From an uncultured Candidatus Rokubacteria bacterium (lineage in GTDB: Bacteria > Methylomirabilota > Methylomirabilia > Rokubacteriales > CSP1-6), in contig CAWBMV010000037.1 in assembly GCA_963789955.1 (NCBI GenBank), positions 1 through 64,000 on the forward strand: a stretch of 64,000 nucleotides of DNA, given 5' to 3'. Both the position numbers and the translations under genes were made by a program. Within the stretch, counting starts at the first letter, position 1; each line of letters starts with the position of its first letter. Below are positions 20,069 through 30,075 of this stretch, piece after piece. The notes below the pieces were generated by a model. It saw nothing but the letters and a program-made list of their open reading frames with translations. It searched no databases and was not told the DNA's origin.

Positions 20069-20302
20069 CTAGGTAGGGAGCACAGTGGGACGTCGGAGCC
20101 GACCTTTTGGGCGCGGCGGTTTTGGCTGCCGATCGTCAATCCACTGTTTCACGGCTCGTTCGGCCGCCGCCATGCTCGCAACAGTTTTGAGCCATATGGG
20201 CTCGTCGCGATGGCTATTCGCGTCAGCCCACCAGACGGCGAAGTGATACCGCCCATCGAGACGAATACGGATCTTGTACTTGAAGCCTAGATATTTCTTC
20301 AT
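20069..20302 (-). CDS. Hypothetical protein
   Basis: Protein-like ORF starting MKKYLGFKYKIRIRLDGRYHFAVW. Confidence 0.45.
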   Translation of the reverse strand: MKKYLGFKYKIRIRLDGRYHFAVWWADANSHRDEPIWLKTVASMAAAERAVKQWIDDRQPKPPRPKGRLRRPTVLPT

Positions 20303-20698
20303 TACCGCCCTTATACAACCCCTTGATCCAGGACGGATGGTCAAGTTTGACCAGACATCAACACCCTAGCCGTGGTCTGCTTGCTTCTGTCCGAGAGAAG
20401 CTTCATCCCATCCTGACGACCTCGACGGGCAGCAGGGATTGCCATGGTGGGGGCGGTACTAGGCACATCAAACCGCTGCCTCGACGAGGTCGGCCATGCT
20501 ACAAGCCCTGTTCTCTCGTGTAGCGCTTTTCCGCCAGCGCGCTGTGGCGCTGTTTCACCGCACCGATCCGCTCAAGGCAGATTCTGCTGAACGGCGTGAG
20601 CGCTGGAATCAAGTGATTGCCGAACACAAGAAGGACCAGCAAAAGATCAAACACTGACCGTTCGGTGTTTGTCGAAAGCTGAGAAAGTGAGGATTCCG

Positions 20699-21160
20699 AT
20701 GATCACGATCTTTCGTTGTTTTCGGAGATTGAATATCGCTTTGTTGGCGGCGGGGGCTGTTGCCGCCTGTAGCCAGATGCCCTCGTCGCAACAGCCGGTG
20801 CAATCGAGTAACCCCAGCGTCACTTATAACTATCGGACAGACCAGGAACTGCTCAAAGCCAACCAGAACGCGACGACGTATTGCGGTCAGTATCAAACCG
20901 CCCCGCGAACTGCGGGCCTCACGAACAACCCGGACGGCAGCAAGGCCGTGGTCTTCGAATGTGTGCGGACCGCTCTGTCCGCGGCGGCGCCGGTCAATCC
21001 CAACCTGAGCTACACATACCGGTCGGACCAGGAGCTGGTGCAAGCGTCGCAGACCGCTAACGCCTACTGCCTAAAGTACGGCTCGCAACCGATGACATCT
21101 AACATGGTGACGAACTCGGACGGGACCAAGAGCGTGACGTTCCAATGTGGTTCACGTTGA
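20699..21160 (+). CDS. Lipoprotein with two internal Cys-containing repeats
   Basis: VAAC lipobox; repeats NPSVTYNYRTDQEL..ATTYC..FEC and NPNLSYTYRSDQEL..ANAYC..FQC. Confidence 0.82.
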   Translation: MITIFRCFRRLNIALLAAGAVAACSQMPSSQQPVQSSNPSVTYNYRTDQELLKANQNATTYCGQYQTAPRTAGLTNNPDGSKAVVFECVRTALSAAAPVNPNLSYTYRSDQELVQASQTANAYCLKYGSQPMTSNMVTNSDGTKSVTFQCGSR

Positions 21161-21227
21161 GTTCCAGCCACCGCTGAGGCCAGTGTCGTCCGTTCCACAC
21201 TGGGACGAGGAGAGGCGCGTCCCGGCT

Positions 21228-21281
21228 CATCCCAGTCGTGTAGAAGGTCGCGCGCCAGCCTCGGTCATCGTCCTGAGTCAT
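21228..21281 (-). pseudogene. Internal fragment of scaffold family W
   Basis: TQDDDRGWRATFYTTGM matches 40013-40336. Confidence 0.8.
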
Positions 21282-21964
21282 GCGTCAGCCTGATAGACGT
21301 GGTGGCCTCGGTAGGCTTCGCAGGCGGCGAGGAGCAATTCCAACTCATCGCCAGTGCAGTCGATCGCAATCCGAAGCACGCGGAGGCCATCGTTCGCCTC
21401 CTTGACCGCGATCATCTGTAGCGCGTCGCGGCTGAAGACGAGGATCTCGTGCCCCGTCGCCACGTCGATGCCGAAAATTACGTCGGCCGCCTCGAATGCC
21501 ATCCGCCACTGAGGGACCGTGATGTACTCCAACCCACCCCAGGCCCTCACATAGCTTCCGATCCCCAGCTCCGCTCGTGGGGTGTCCTCCGTCCGGAGCG
21601 CCATGGCGACGACTCGCTTGAGGTAGCCGAGATCGAACGGCTTGTCGATATAGGCAAGAGCACCGAGCTCGAGGGACTCGCGGGCAAGCACAGGGTCGGT
21701 ATTCCCGCTCGCTATGAGCACTTTGGTCGTCGGGGCATTCGAACGGATTCGCTTGAGCACATCAATGCCATTCATGCCGCCAGGCAGCGCAACATCGAGA
21801 ATCACGAGATCAGGACGAGACAACATCACACGCTCGAGGCCCTCGTCGCAGGTCAGCGCGCCTGAGGCCCGATATCCTTCGTCGCAGAGGTAGGTAGTCA
21901 GAATATCGACAATATCGGCGTTGTCATCGATCACGACGATCTGGGCCGCTGAAGCGTTCATCAT
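21278..21964 (-). CDS. Response regulator receiver domain fused to an unknown C-terminal domain
   Basis: VIDD, VILDVALPGGMNG, SG and KPF receiver motifs. Confidence 0.85.
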   Translation of the reverse strand: MMNASAAQIVVIDDNADIVDILTTYLCDEGYRASGALTCDEGLERVMLSRPDLVILDVALPGGMNGIDVLKRIRSNAPTTKVLIASGNTDPVLARESLELGALAYIDKPFDLGYLKRVVAMALRTEDTPRAELGIGSYVRAWGGLEYITVPQWRMAFEAADVIFGIDVATGHEILVFSRDALQMIAVKEANDGLRVLRIAIDCTGDELELLLAACEAYRGHHVYQADA

Positions 21965-22012
21965 TGCTGCGACGCCGCTACGGTAGCACCAATGGTCAAT
22001 CAGTTGGGCGGC

Positions 22013-22606
22013 AGGGTAAGGGATTCAACCGTTCGATCACTCGCAATGCCAATGATTTAGGTGGTTCTCCCCTGCACCAAGCGGCACGAGGCGGTACTCC
22101 GCGTCCACCGGCGTCCACGCAGAGCGCCGGTGCCGTTCACGTCACTCTTGGAGCGCGGCCGAGACGCATCATTGCTTGCCCTCGTCGGCGGTCGCGCGCT
22201 TCACGCTGATGCGCTCGTGCGCGCTCCAGCTCGGCAAGTCAGTCAACTCGGGCTGGCGCACCTTCCGCACGCGGGCGTGGGCATTCTTCCCGGCTGCCGT
22301 CGTGAAGGGCCGCCCAGTGACCTCCCACTCGCCGGTCTCGTCCATGATGTGGTCGCCGAGCTGGAGCTCCATCGGCAGGACGCGGCGCGTGGGCCGGCCG
22401 GGTCGCCGGGGTGACAACTTTCCAGTGCGGATCACTTCACGGGCTTTCGCGCGTAGAACAGTCTCGTCGGGCATGGTGGCTCTCCAGAGTCCGGCGGGTG
22501 GTCATGCCAGATGCCAGGAGGCCGGACGCCTGCTCGCGTCACCCTGGGGAGAGCCCGATGGGAGGCAGTCATTCGTTTACGCCTCGAAGGACCAGAGCGT
22601 ACGAGG
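22013..22606. repeat. About 590 bp diverged direct repeat of 37307-37899, starting with a partial att core
   Basis: Runs from agggtaagggattcaacc to gaccagagcgtacgagg in both places, with scattered SNPs and indels. Confidence 0.92.
22169..22474 (-). CDS. Chimeric small ORF: foreign N-terminus plus scaffold family G
   Basis: MPDETVLRAKAREVIRTGKL.. joined to RVLPMELQLGD..GEWEV..ISVKRAT. Confidence 0.75.
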   Translation of the reverse strand: MPDETVLRAKAREVIRTGKLSPRRPGRPTRRVLPMELQLGDHIMDETGEWEVTGRPFTTAAGKNAHARVRKVRQPELTDLPSWSAHERISVKRATADEGKQ

Positions 22607-22650
22607 TAATGGCGGGAGTTCGAGCGCAGACAGGGTGGGACCGGGCACAG

Positions 22651-22863
22651 CTAGCTCGTCTCTACCTTCTTGAGTGCCTCCCACGCCGTCCGCTGCACCG
22701 CGTGCCACGGCCTGCGCTCCCACCCCGTGCCGGTCGCGCTCGTGGGCGAGTGTTCCATCCCGGTCGGGTAGAACGTCGCCCTCCAGCCCCGGTCATCATA
22801 CTGAGTCAGCTTGAAGGTCATAACCCTGGCGGTGCATCCCCACAGCGAGGTGCCCGATTCCGG
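22651..22863 (-). pseudogene. 3' part of scaffold family W with a frameshift
   Basis: GIGHLAVGMHRQGYDL / LTQYDDRGWRATFYPTGMEHSPTSATGTGWE..AWEALKK. Confidence 0.85.
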
Positions 22864-22991
22864 TCAAGGCGTTTGAGCGCGCGACAGGCTTTCCCGATGT
22901 TCGCCTGGAAGTGAGATTCTGATCTCATGCGCCATGATCCGGGTTACATCCACTGCACATTGATACCGTCCGCCAGCTCAAAGGAGACTGG

Positions 22992-23693
22992 TTGAAGGCT
23001 ATGACGCGATGGGCCGTCGGCGGCGCCATCGTGGCTGCACTTATTGGGTACGGCGTCTGGCTCGTATGGACCGACGCGCCAGCATATCAATTCCTCGCCC
23101 GTCTCTACCTGGATAAGGAGTTTCTCAAGCACACATTAGGCGAGTGGGACGTACTCGCGCCGGTCATTTTCATGGGCCTCCAGGCGCTGCAGGTCATCAT
23201 TGCGCCGATCCCCGGTGAGTTGACGGGAATCCTTGGCGGCTATCTGTTTGGCGAATGGGTGGGGTTGTTCTACTCGACAATTGGGCAGACCGTGGGATCG
23301 GTGGCAGCGTTCGGCATTGGGCGCTGGCTCGGCACTCATTACGTTCAGCGAATGGTGAGCCCCGACGTTTGGCGCAAGCTCGGCTTCATCGTCGAAGCGG
23401 AGGGAGCCATTGTATGCTTCATCATCTTTTTGGTTCCCGGCCTGCCGAAGGACATGATCTGCTATCTCTTCGGGCTGAGTCCCATGCCGTTCTGGGTCTT
23501 TGCTCTGGTTTCGACACTCGGTCGCATTCCGGGCACGTGGATACTCTCGGCGCAAGGTGCTCGGACTGAATCGGGTGACTATGTGCAAGTAATTTTGCTC
23601 ACGGCGCTCGCCGTAGCGGCGGCGTTGCCGCTGTACTACTACCGGAACCGGCTCATCGACTGGTTCAAAGGTCGGCAGGCAGGTATCCGCTGA
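22992..23693 (+). CDS. TVP38/TMEM64 (VTT, DedA superfamily) membrane protein
   Basis: LQALQVIIAPIPGE..GGYLFG, FLVPGLPKD, GRIPG. Confidence 0.88.
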   Translation: MKAMTRWAVGGAIVAALIGYGVWLVWTDAPAYQFLARLYLDKEFLKHTLGEWDVLAPVIFMGLQALQVIIAPIPGELTGILGGYLFGEWVGLFYSTIGQTVGSVAAFGIGRWLGTHYVQRMVSPDVWRKLGFIVEAEGAIVCFIIFLVPGLPKDMICYLFGLSPMPFWVFALVSTLGRIPGTWILSAQGARTESGDYVQVILLTALAVAAALPLYYYRNRLIDWFKGRQAGIR

Positions 23694-23758
23694 ATCATGA
23701 CTTGTTCGCGAAGTGCGCCTGGTTCAGCGGGGCGACAGCTGGTGATCCTCCGCCGACG

Positions 23759-23818
23759 TCATCGCGTGCCCTCCTCGGGGCTGGCTCGGGTCACGCTGAT
23801 ACGCTTCAAAGCGTCCCA
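23759..23818 (-). pseudogene. 3' tail of scaffold family G
   Basis: WDALKRISVTRASPEEGTR* versus WSAHERISVKRATAEEGKQ*. Confidence 0.65.
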
Positions 23819-24146
23819 ATTGCGGATCTGCCAACTGGCAGGCTGGTCGATTTTCTGAGCGCGAGCGTGGACGATCCTTCCGCCAGCGGTAGCGTAGGGC
23901 TGACCCAGCTGGCCCCCGAACTCGTCGATCGACCAGGAGAAGCAATAGGGCGCGTCACGAGGAACCGGAGGAATTGCGTCGAGACATGGACGAAGGCCCG
24001 GTCATACGCGTCGTCCTTGTATGACAATTCGCTCATCGCCCGTGAGAGTCTATCCAAACGCCACCAGGCGCACCAGCGCCTCGCCGGGACTGCACCGGGG
24101 CGCTGGCCCAGCACGCGCTGCTTTCGAGCCCGTGGATTGCTGACGG

Positions 24147-24611
24147 TTACGGAATGCGGCGAAGGGTGACGGTGGTCCCGTCGTTCAGGGCCCCGGAAAT
24201 CTGCTCGCAGCTCACCTTCAGCAGTGGAGTCCCGCGAAATCCACCGCGCTCGCTCAGCTGGATAGTGTTGCCCTGCACCGTGCCCTCGATAGGGCCATCG
24301 ACAGTGCCAGACCCGCTGAGGGTCCCCGTCACATTGTTTCCCGTCTGCTTCAGGACCACCACCATTGTCGAGGCGCCCCCCGTTTTGCCACCCATCCACG
24401 TTCCATCGACGGTGTAGGGAGTGGCGCGGCGAAGGTCGACCGCGGTCCCGCTCAGGAGCCCGTCTATCTTCTCGCAGCTCGCCCTCAGCAGCGGAGTCTC
24501 GCGAAATCCACCGCGCTGTTTCAGCTTGATGGAGTTGCTGTCCACGGTGCCCTCGATTCCTGCCTTGCGGACCAGAAGTTCCACCAGCTGACCATGCCGG
24601 GGTCGCCGCAA
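24147..24611 (-). CDS. Hypothetical beta-rich protein with an internal duplication, probably 5' truncated
   Basis: IEGTVxxNxIxLxxRGGFRxTPLLxxSCExIxG occurs twice. Confidence 0.6.
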   Translation of the reverse strand: MRRPRHGQLVELLVRKAGIEGTVDSNSIKLKQRGGFRETPLLRASCEKIDGLLSGTAVDLRRATPYTVDGTWMGGKTGGASTMVVVLKQTGNNVTGTLSGSGTVDGPIEGTVQGNTIQLSERGGFRGTPLLKVSCEQISGALNDGTTVTLRRIP

Positions 24612-24719
24612 GCGTTACGACACGGAGCAGGTCTCGGCGCTCAGTACTTGATCGTTCGCCAAGGTGCCATATCGGCGTCCAACACACCGACGTAAACGGT
24701 GCTCTTGCTTCTCAGCGTC

Positions 24720-25139
24720 TCAGCTTCGGGGGGCGGACGGGCCGAAGACGGGGAGGTTATACTCGCCGAATTTGTCGGTGGCGTCGATCCAGCGGAGCTC
24801 CAGCGTCATGCCGTCGCGGAGGTCGCTGGGCTCGACGTCGACGGGATAGGAGATGAAGAGCGGGCCTTCGGCCAGCTCGAGCGCGACGACGGTGTGGGGC
24901 GGCGGATACTCCGGGAAGTAGCCGCGGTGGAACGTCGTCCACGAGAGCACCTTCGCCTTGCCGCTGAGCGGGGACCACGCGAAGTCGTCGGACAGGCAGC
25001 GGTCGCAGGTCGGGCCCGGCGGCCAGCGGAACTTCCCGCAGGCCGAGCACTGCTGCAGGCGCAGCTCTCTCGACAGTGTGAACGTCCAGAACTGCTCGGC
25101 GTACGGATCCATCGCGCGTACCGGTCGGGCCGTCGCCAT
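24720..25139 (-). CDS. DUF35 zinc-ribbon/OB-fold protein (thiolase partner)
   Basis: FW..LRLQQCSACG..PP..CDRC..GKAKVLSWT..VALELAEGP. Confidence 0.9.
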   Translation of the reverse strand: MATARPVRAMDPYAEQFWTFTLSRELRLQQCSACGKFRWPPGPTCDRCLSDDFAWSPLSGKAKVLSWTTFHRGYFPEYPPPHTVVALELAEGPLFISYPVDVEPSDLRDGMTLELRWIDATDKFGEYNLPVFGPSAPRS

Positions 25140-25141
25140 CG

Positions 25142-26344
25142 TCACGCTCCCCTGGTGTAGATCAGGCTCTTGCACTTGCCGGCGACGTCGTGGACGTACT
25201 GGGCGACCTCGGCGCCCTGCACCTGCCGGTTGCCGAGACCGCCGCGCAGCTGGCGGACCAGCTCGGGCTGGTGGTTCCAGCTCTGCATGTAGCTCTCGGA
25301 GAGCATCCCGCCGCTGGTGTTGCACGGCAGCTCGCCGCCGATCTCGATGCGGCCGCCCTGCACGAACGTGCCGGCCTCGCCCTCCTTGCAGAAGCCGAAC
25401 CCTTCGAGCGAGGCCAGGAGGTGCACGCTGAAGCTGTCGTAGGTGGCGAACACGTCGACATCCTTCGGCGTCACGCCAGCCATCGGATAGACCTGGGCCG
25501 CCACGTCGTGATGGGCGCCGTGATAGAAGGTCTTCAGCCGGGGCCGCAGCTGGGTGGCGTCTACGTTCTCCTCGGACCATCCGAAGCCGCTCACCATGAC
25601 GGGCCGCTGCTTGAGATCCCTCGCCAGGTCGGCGCGACGGACGATGATCGCAACCCCGCCGTCGTTGATAAGGCAGTAGTCGTTGAGGCGCAGGGGCTCG
25701 GCGATGTATGGCGCATTCAAATAGTCCTGGATCGTGAGCGGCTTCTGCATCACCGCGTTCGGGTTCAAGCAGGCGTGCTTGCGGAACGCCACCGCGACCG
25801 CGCCGAGCTGCTCGTCGGTGGTGCCGTAGAGCAGCTTGTGGCGCTGGAAGAAGAGCGCGTAGAGCGCGCCCTGCGAGGTCATGCCCCACGGGGCGTAGTA
25901 GAAGTACGAGGTGATCGCGCCGCCGGTCACGCGCGCCCCGCCGTAGGCCGTGTCCATCGAGCGCTGGGCGTTGCCGTAGACCAGGGCGACGGTCGTGCAG
26001 AGCCCGGCGTTGATGGCCAGCGTCGCCTCGATGATGCATTGCGCAGCGTCGCCGCCCCCGCTCCAGCGCGGGTTCAGGCCCCACTGTTCGCTGGCCCGCT
26101 CGCCGGACAGCGTGCCCCCGACGCACAGGCCATCGATGTCGTCCTTCTTCAATCCCGCGTCGTCCAGCGCACGCTTGAGTGCCCTCGACGCCAGCGTGTA
26201 CGAGTCGTAGCGGACCTCGCCCTTGCTCACGGTCTGGCCGCCGGCTCCCCGGTAATCCTTCCCGTAGTCGGTCTCGCCGACACCGACGACCGCTACGGCA
26301 TCCTTCAGCGGCGCGAGCCGCGCCCGGTCGAAGCTCACCGCCAT
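25142..26344 (-). CDS. Thiolase family protein (SCP-x / non-specific lipid transfer type)
   Basis: AVVGVGET, RKHACLNPNA, DYCLINDGG, YDSFS, NTSGGMLSE. Confidence 0.9.
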   Translation of the reverse strand: MAVSFDRARLAPLKDAVAVVGVGETDYGKDYRGAGGQTVSKGEVRYDSYTLASRALKRALDDAGLKKDDIDGLCVGGTLSGERASEQWGLNPRWSGGGDAAQCIIEATLAINAGLCTTVALVYGNAQRSMDTAYGGARVTGGAITSYFYYAPWGMTSQGALYALFFQRHKLLYGTTDEQLGAVAVAFRKHACLNPNAVMQKPLTIQDYLNAPYIAEPLRLNDYCLINDGGVAIIVRRADLARDLKQRPVMVSGFGWSEENVDATQLRPRLKTFYHGAHHDVAAQVYPMAGVTPKDVDVFATYDSFSVHLLASLEGFGFCKEGEAGTFVQGGRIEIGGELPCNTSGGMLSESYMQSWNHQPELVRQLRGGLGNRQVQGAEVAQYVHDVAGKCKSLIYTRGA

Positions 26345-26354
26345 CGCAGCCTCC

Positions 26355-27695
26355 TCAGATCACTTTGTCGTTTTCCAGCGACTTCATCTCCTCGTCGCTC
26401 AGACCGAGCAGCTCGCCGTAGACGTAGCGGTTGTGCTCGCGCAGCAGCGGCCCCCTTCCGTGCACGAAGGCCGGTGTGCGGGACAGCTTGACCGGATAAC
26501 CCTCATACTCGAACTCCCCGATCTCAGGGTGGTTGACGACCGGGTGCATGTCGCGATGCTTGAGCTGGGGATCGTGCTCGACCCGGTCCTCGGCGCTCTG
26601 GACCACCGCCGCGATGATCCCGGCCTCCTGGCACCGCTGCATGACGTCGTAGCGCCGGCGCGGCCTGATCCAGCGGCCGACGATGGCGTCGAGCTCGTCC
26701 TGGTTCGCCACGCGCGCCTCGTTGGTCGCGAAGCGCGGGTCCCTACTCAGATCGGGCTGACCCATCACCCGGCAGAGCGATTCGAACTGCGCCTGGGTCT
26801 CGCAGGCGACGAACACCCACCAGTCCTGCCCGACACGATCCTTGCCCGAGCATCGATAGGTGTTGTGGGGCGCCACGGCGGGCCACAGGGCGCGATTGCC
26901 CGGCGGAAAACCCGGGCGGCGTGTGGTCCGGCCGTTCACCTGGAAATCCAGCATGTACGTCCCCAGGAGCGACATCGCGCCCTCGGTGACCGCATAGTCG
27001 ACGTAGGATCCCTCGCCTTTCTTCCTGGCCTGGAGCAATCCCATGACGAGGGCAAGGCCTCCCATCCATCCGCCCATCACGTCCATGTACGAGAACCCCC
27101 AGCCCGCGGGCGCCATGCCTGGCAACCCGGACGCGAGCGACAAGCCCGACTGGGCCGCGGCGGTGGGGCCGAAGCTGCGGTAGGCCTTGTAGGGCCCGGA
27201 ATGACCGAAGCCGGACGTGCTCATGTACACGACGCGCGGGTTGATCTCGTGGATGCGCTCCCAGGTGAGCCCCCAGCTCGGAAACACTTCGCCACTGAAG
27301 TTCTCGACGACCGCATCCGAGATGCCGATGAGCCGCTCGGCCAGCGCGAGCCCCTTGGGGTGACGCGTGTTCAGGCTGATGGCCAGCTTGCCGTGGTGCA
27401 GGATCGTGAAGTATGGGGTGTTGTAGTAGGGCTTCTTGCCGTCCGCATGGCCGCCGCCGTGCAGCGGCCCCGTCCCCTGCTCCGACGTGAACTCCTTCTG
27501 CGGGCCACCGACGATCGGACTCGGGTGGGCCGCGTAGCGATGATCATCCCAGGACCCGACGCGCTCGACGTGGATGACCTCGGCGCCAAAGTGCGTGAGC
27601 AGCCGCGGCGCCCACGGCCCGACGGTCTTCCACGTGAAATCGAGGATGCGCACTCCGCTGAGGATGCCTTTCGGGAGCGTGACTGACGCGTTCAC
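26355..27695 (-). CDS. Family III CoA-transferase
   Basis: LSGVRILDFT, FGAEVIHVE, DAVVENFS, SGFGHSGPY; GTG overlaps the upstream stop. Confidence 0.92.
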   Translation of the reverse strand: MNASVTLPKGILSGVRILDFTWKTVGPWAPRLLTHFGAEVIHVERVGSWDDHRYAAHPSPIVGGPQKEFTSEQGTGPLHGGGHADGKKPYYNTPYFTILHHGKLAISLNTRHPKGLALAERLIGISDAVVENFSGEVFPSWGLTWERIHEINPRVVYMSTSGFGHSGPYKAYRSFGPTAAAQSGLSLASGLPGMAPAGWGFSYMDVMGGWMGGLALVMGLLQARKKGEGSYVDYAVTEGAMSLLGTYMLDFQVNGRTTRRPGFPPGNRALWPAVAPHNTYRCSGKDRVGQDWWVFVACETQAQFESLCRVMGQPDLSRDPRFATNEARVANQDELDAIVGRWIRPRRRYDVMQRCQEAGIIAAVVQSAEDRVEHDPQLKHRDMHPVVNHPEIGEFEYEGYPVKLSRTPAFVHGRGPLLREHNRYVYGELLGLSDEEMKSLENDKVI

Positions 27696-28930
27696 CGGAC
27701 CACCCCTGCGGCGGCCAGCGCATCGACCTGCGCGGCGGGGAGACCGAGATCGCCTTCCAGGACCAGCCGCGTGTGCTCGCCGAGATGCGGTGCTCTCCCT
27801 CGGGGTGCGATCCCGAGCGCGTCGCACATGAACGGGCCGCGCGGGTACCGAATGGCGCGGCCGATCTCCGGGTGCTCGACGTCGCGCCAGAAGTCGCGCT
27901 GCTGGTAGTGCGCGACGTCGTAGTTCTCCTCGGGTGCGCGCACGAGCCCCCACGAGATGCCGTACGACTGCGCGCGGGTGAAGACCTCCTCTCCCTTGCA
28001 GGCGGCGATCAGCCGGCGGATCCCGTCGAGCACGGCGGTTCCCTGGCGATAGTCGGCCATGCGGACGGCCTCGTCGCGGTACTTGGGATCGGTCAGCTCA
28101 CCGGCGACGCCCTTCTCCTCCATCCACTCGATCAGCTTCGCCCAGCCCCGGTCGCCGAAGGTCTGGTTCACCGCGATCACGTACATGCCGTCAGCCGTCG
28201 GCAATTCCAACTCGGGCCGCCGGCGCGCGGAGGCGTGCATCCCGGTCTGCCTATAGAGGGTGGCGCCGTTGTAGAGCCACTCGGGTACCGCGGACTCGGT
28301 GCCGATCGAGCAGGCATCGTGGATCGAGACGTCGATGTACTGCCCCTCGCCGGTCGTCATGCGGTCGAAGAGGGCCAGCGTGATGCCGTGCAACGCGAAC
28401 GCGCAGCCCATGTGCCAGGCCTGGTGACCCTGACCGCCGATCGGGGTGAGCGTGGGATCGGAATAGCCGGTGCTGGCCATGTGGCCACCGAGGGCCAGGT
28501 GGGCAGCATCGTTCATCCGATAGTCGCGCCAGGGACCGTCCTGACCGAAGTCGGTCAGCGAGGTGTAGATGAGCGCGCGGTTGCTCGAGACCGAGCCGTG
28601 GTCGAGACCATACGCCCGCAACGTCCCCGGCGGCGTGCTCTCGAGGAAGACATCGGCGCCGGCCAGCAGGCGGCGCAGCAGATCCTGAGCCGGCGGGCGA
28701 CCGACGTCGAGAGCCACGCTTTGCTTGCCGGTGTTGTACCACCAGTAGTCGAGACAGCGGTCGGGATCGACCGTGTCGTCGACGAAGGGGCCGCACCAGC
28801 GCCCCGGGCCTCCCGCCGTAGGCTCGATCTGGATCACGCGCGCGCCGCCGTCGGACAGGAGCTTGCCCGCCCACTGGTTGCGGCGATCGGCCAGCTCGAC
28901 CACGGTGAGTCCGTCGTACACGCCATTCAT
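27692..28930 (-). CDS. Family III CoA-transferase (probable partner subunit)
   Basis: GLTVVEL, GARVIQIEP, NTGKQSVALD, TDFGQDGP, APHLGEHT. Confidence 0.92.
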   Translation of the reverse strand: MNGVYDGLTVVELADRRNQWAGKLLSDGGARVIQIEPTAGGPGRWCGPFVDDTVDPDRCLDYWWYNTGKQSVALDVGRPPAQDLLRRLLAGADVFLESTPPGTLRAYGLDHGSVSSNRALIYTSLTDFGQDGPWRDYRMNDAAHLALGGHMASTGYSDPTLTPIGGQGHQAWHMGCAFALHGITLALFDRMTTGEGQYIDVSIHDACSIGTESAVPEWLYNGATLYRQTGMHASARRRPELELPTADGMYVIAVNQTFGDRGWAKLIEWMEEKGVAGELTDPKYRDEAVRMADYRQGTAVLDGIRRLIAACKGEEVFTRAQSYGISWGLVRAPEENYDVAHYQQRDFWRDVEHPEIGRAIRYPRGPFMCDALGIAPRGRAPHLGEHTRLVLEGDLGLPAAQVDALAAAGVVR

Positions 28931-28989
28931 CTCCGTCTCCTACACGCGCGGCGTGACGTCGCGCACCGGGGCCGCGCCGCAACCGGCCG

Positions 28990-29142
28990 GGAAACCCTGA
29001 CCGGAAGATCGGTCTCCACCGTCGGCATCGCTGGCCTCACCCGCCGCTCGTCGAACACCACGAGATCCGCCTTGAAGCCGGTGCGCACTAGAGCGCGATC
29101 GTTGAGCTCCTAGGCCGAGGCGCTGTCGAAGGCGAGCTTGCG
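28990..29142 (-). pseudogene. Degraded C-terminal fragment of a D-aminoacylase-like amidohydrolase
   Basis: RKLAFDSASA*ELNDRALVRTGFKADLVVFD..V..ETDLP. Confidence 0.65.
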
Positions 29143-29310
29143 CTAGGCGGCCCCTGCCGCCGCTCCTGCCCCCGGCACAGCGCGGACAACCACGCGCGTC
29201 ACGGGATTTTCTGCCAGAACGGAGCGTTGGTCCAGAGGGAGCCCTACGGCAAAACGCGGCGATTCGCGTCAGATCTGGGCAAGTGGATCGTAACTACGCG
29301 AGAAGTTGAA

Positions 29311-29331
29311 TGGTGGAGGGTAAGGGATTCG
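29311..29331 (-). mobile_element. att core: exact 21 bp copy of the tRNA-Ala 3' end
   Basis: tggtggagggtaagggattcg, preceded by taactacgcga as at 55560. Confidence 0.92.
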
Positions 29332-29529
29332 TAGATTGCGCACTCAATCCTGACGCGACCTTAACGCGCACGACTTGGTAAATCGTGGTAATCCGTGTCC
29401 TCCAGCTCCCAATTCACGCTCCAGGTCGGGTTGGTATCGACCTCTTCCACGGTCTCGGTACCATGTACACAGGCAGCGTCCGCGCCAGCGCCGCGCGAAT
29501 GGCGCTCACCGCTCGTGCGCCTCGGAGGA

Positions 29530-29770
29530 CAAGGTTTGACCTTCGGATCGTTCCTCAAGCGCTCCTCTGAGGCGTTCTTAAAGTTCACGACGCCCTCGCA
29601 CTCTCGGTGAGAATCGACGGCTTGCTCCGGGAACCAATGGTCTCCTGTGTCTTTAGATAGTGAGAGCGAATTGCGCAGATGACCCACGCGCACTCAGCAT
29701 AGGCCGTCGCAGCCGAGGCGAGCAGGAAGAACGCCACGAGCAGCACGGCCCTTCTTCCGAGTCGCATCAT
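29530..29770 (-). pseudogene. Secreted small protein with signal peptide ending AYA-ECAWV (scaffold family S), frameshifted
   Basis: MMRLGRRAVLLVAFFLLASAATAYAECAWV; the same MMRLGR start follows family G at 22172 and 37466. Confidence 0.65.
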
Positions 29771-30075
29771 CGCTTGCCCTCCACGGTTGCTCGCTTCACG
29801 GTGACCTTCTCGTTAGATCCCCACAGCTTTACCTCAGTGACGCCAGGCTGATTCACTCGCTGGACCCGCACGTGGGTATTCTTCCCGCCTGCGGTGGTGT
29901 AGGGCCGTCCGACCACTTCCCATTCTCCAGTTGAGTCCGTCATGCGATTCCCGATCTGAAGCTGCATGGGGAGGACACGAGCGGTGCCCGGTGGCTCGGG
30001 CGGCGGCATCCCGGGTAACGGAGGTTGGACCGGCTTGGGCTTCTGGCGCTTTTTCTCGGGGCGCGGTTTACCCAA
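29767..30075 (-). CDS. Scaffold family G, apparently full-length copy
   Basis: KPRPEKK..RVLPMQLQIGNRMTDSTGEWEVVGRPYTTAGGKNTHVRVQRV..KRAT. Confidence 0.75.
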   Translation of the reverse strand: MGKPRPEKKRQKPKPVQPPLPGMPPPEPPGTARVLPMQLQIGNRMTDSTGEWEVVGRPYTTAGGKNTHVRVQRVNQPGVTEVKLWGSNEKVTVKRATVEGKR

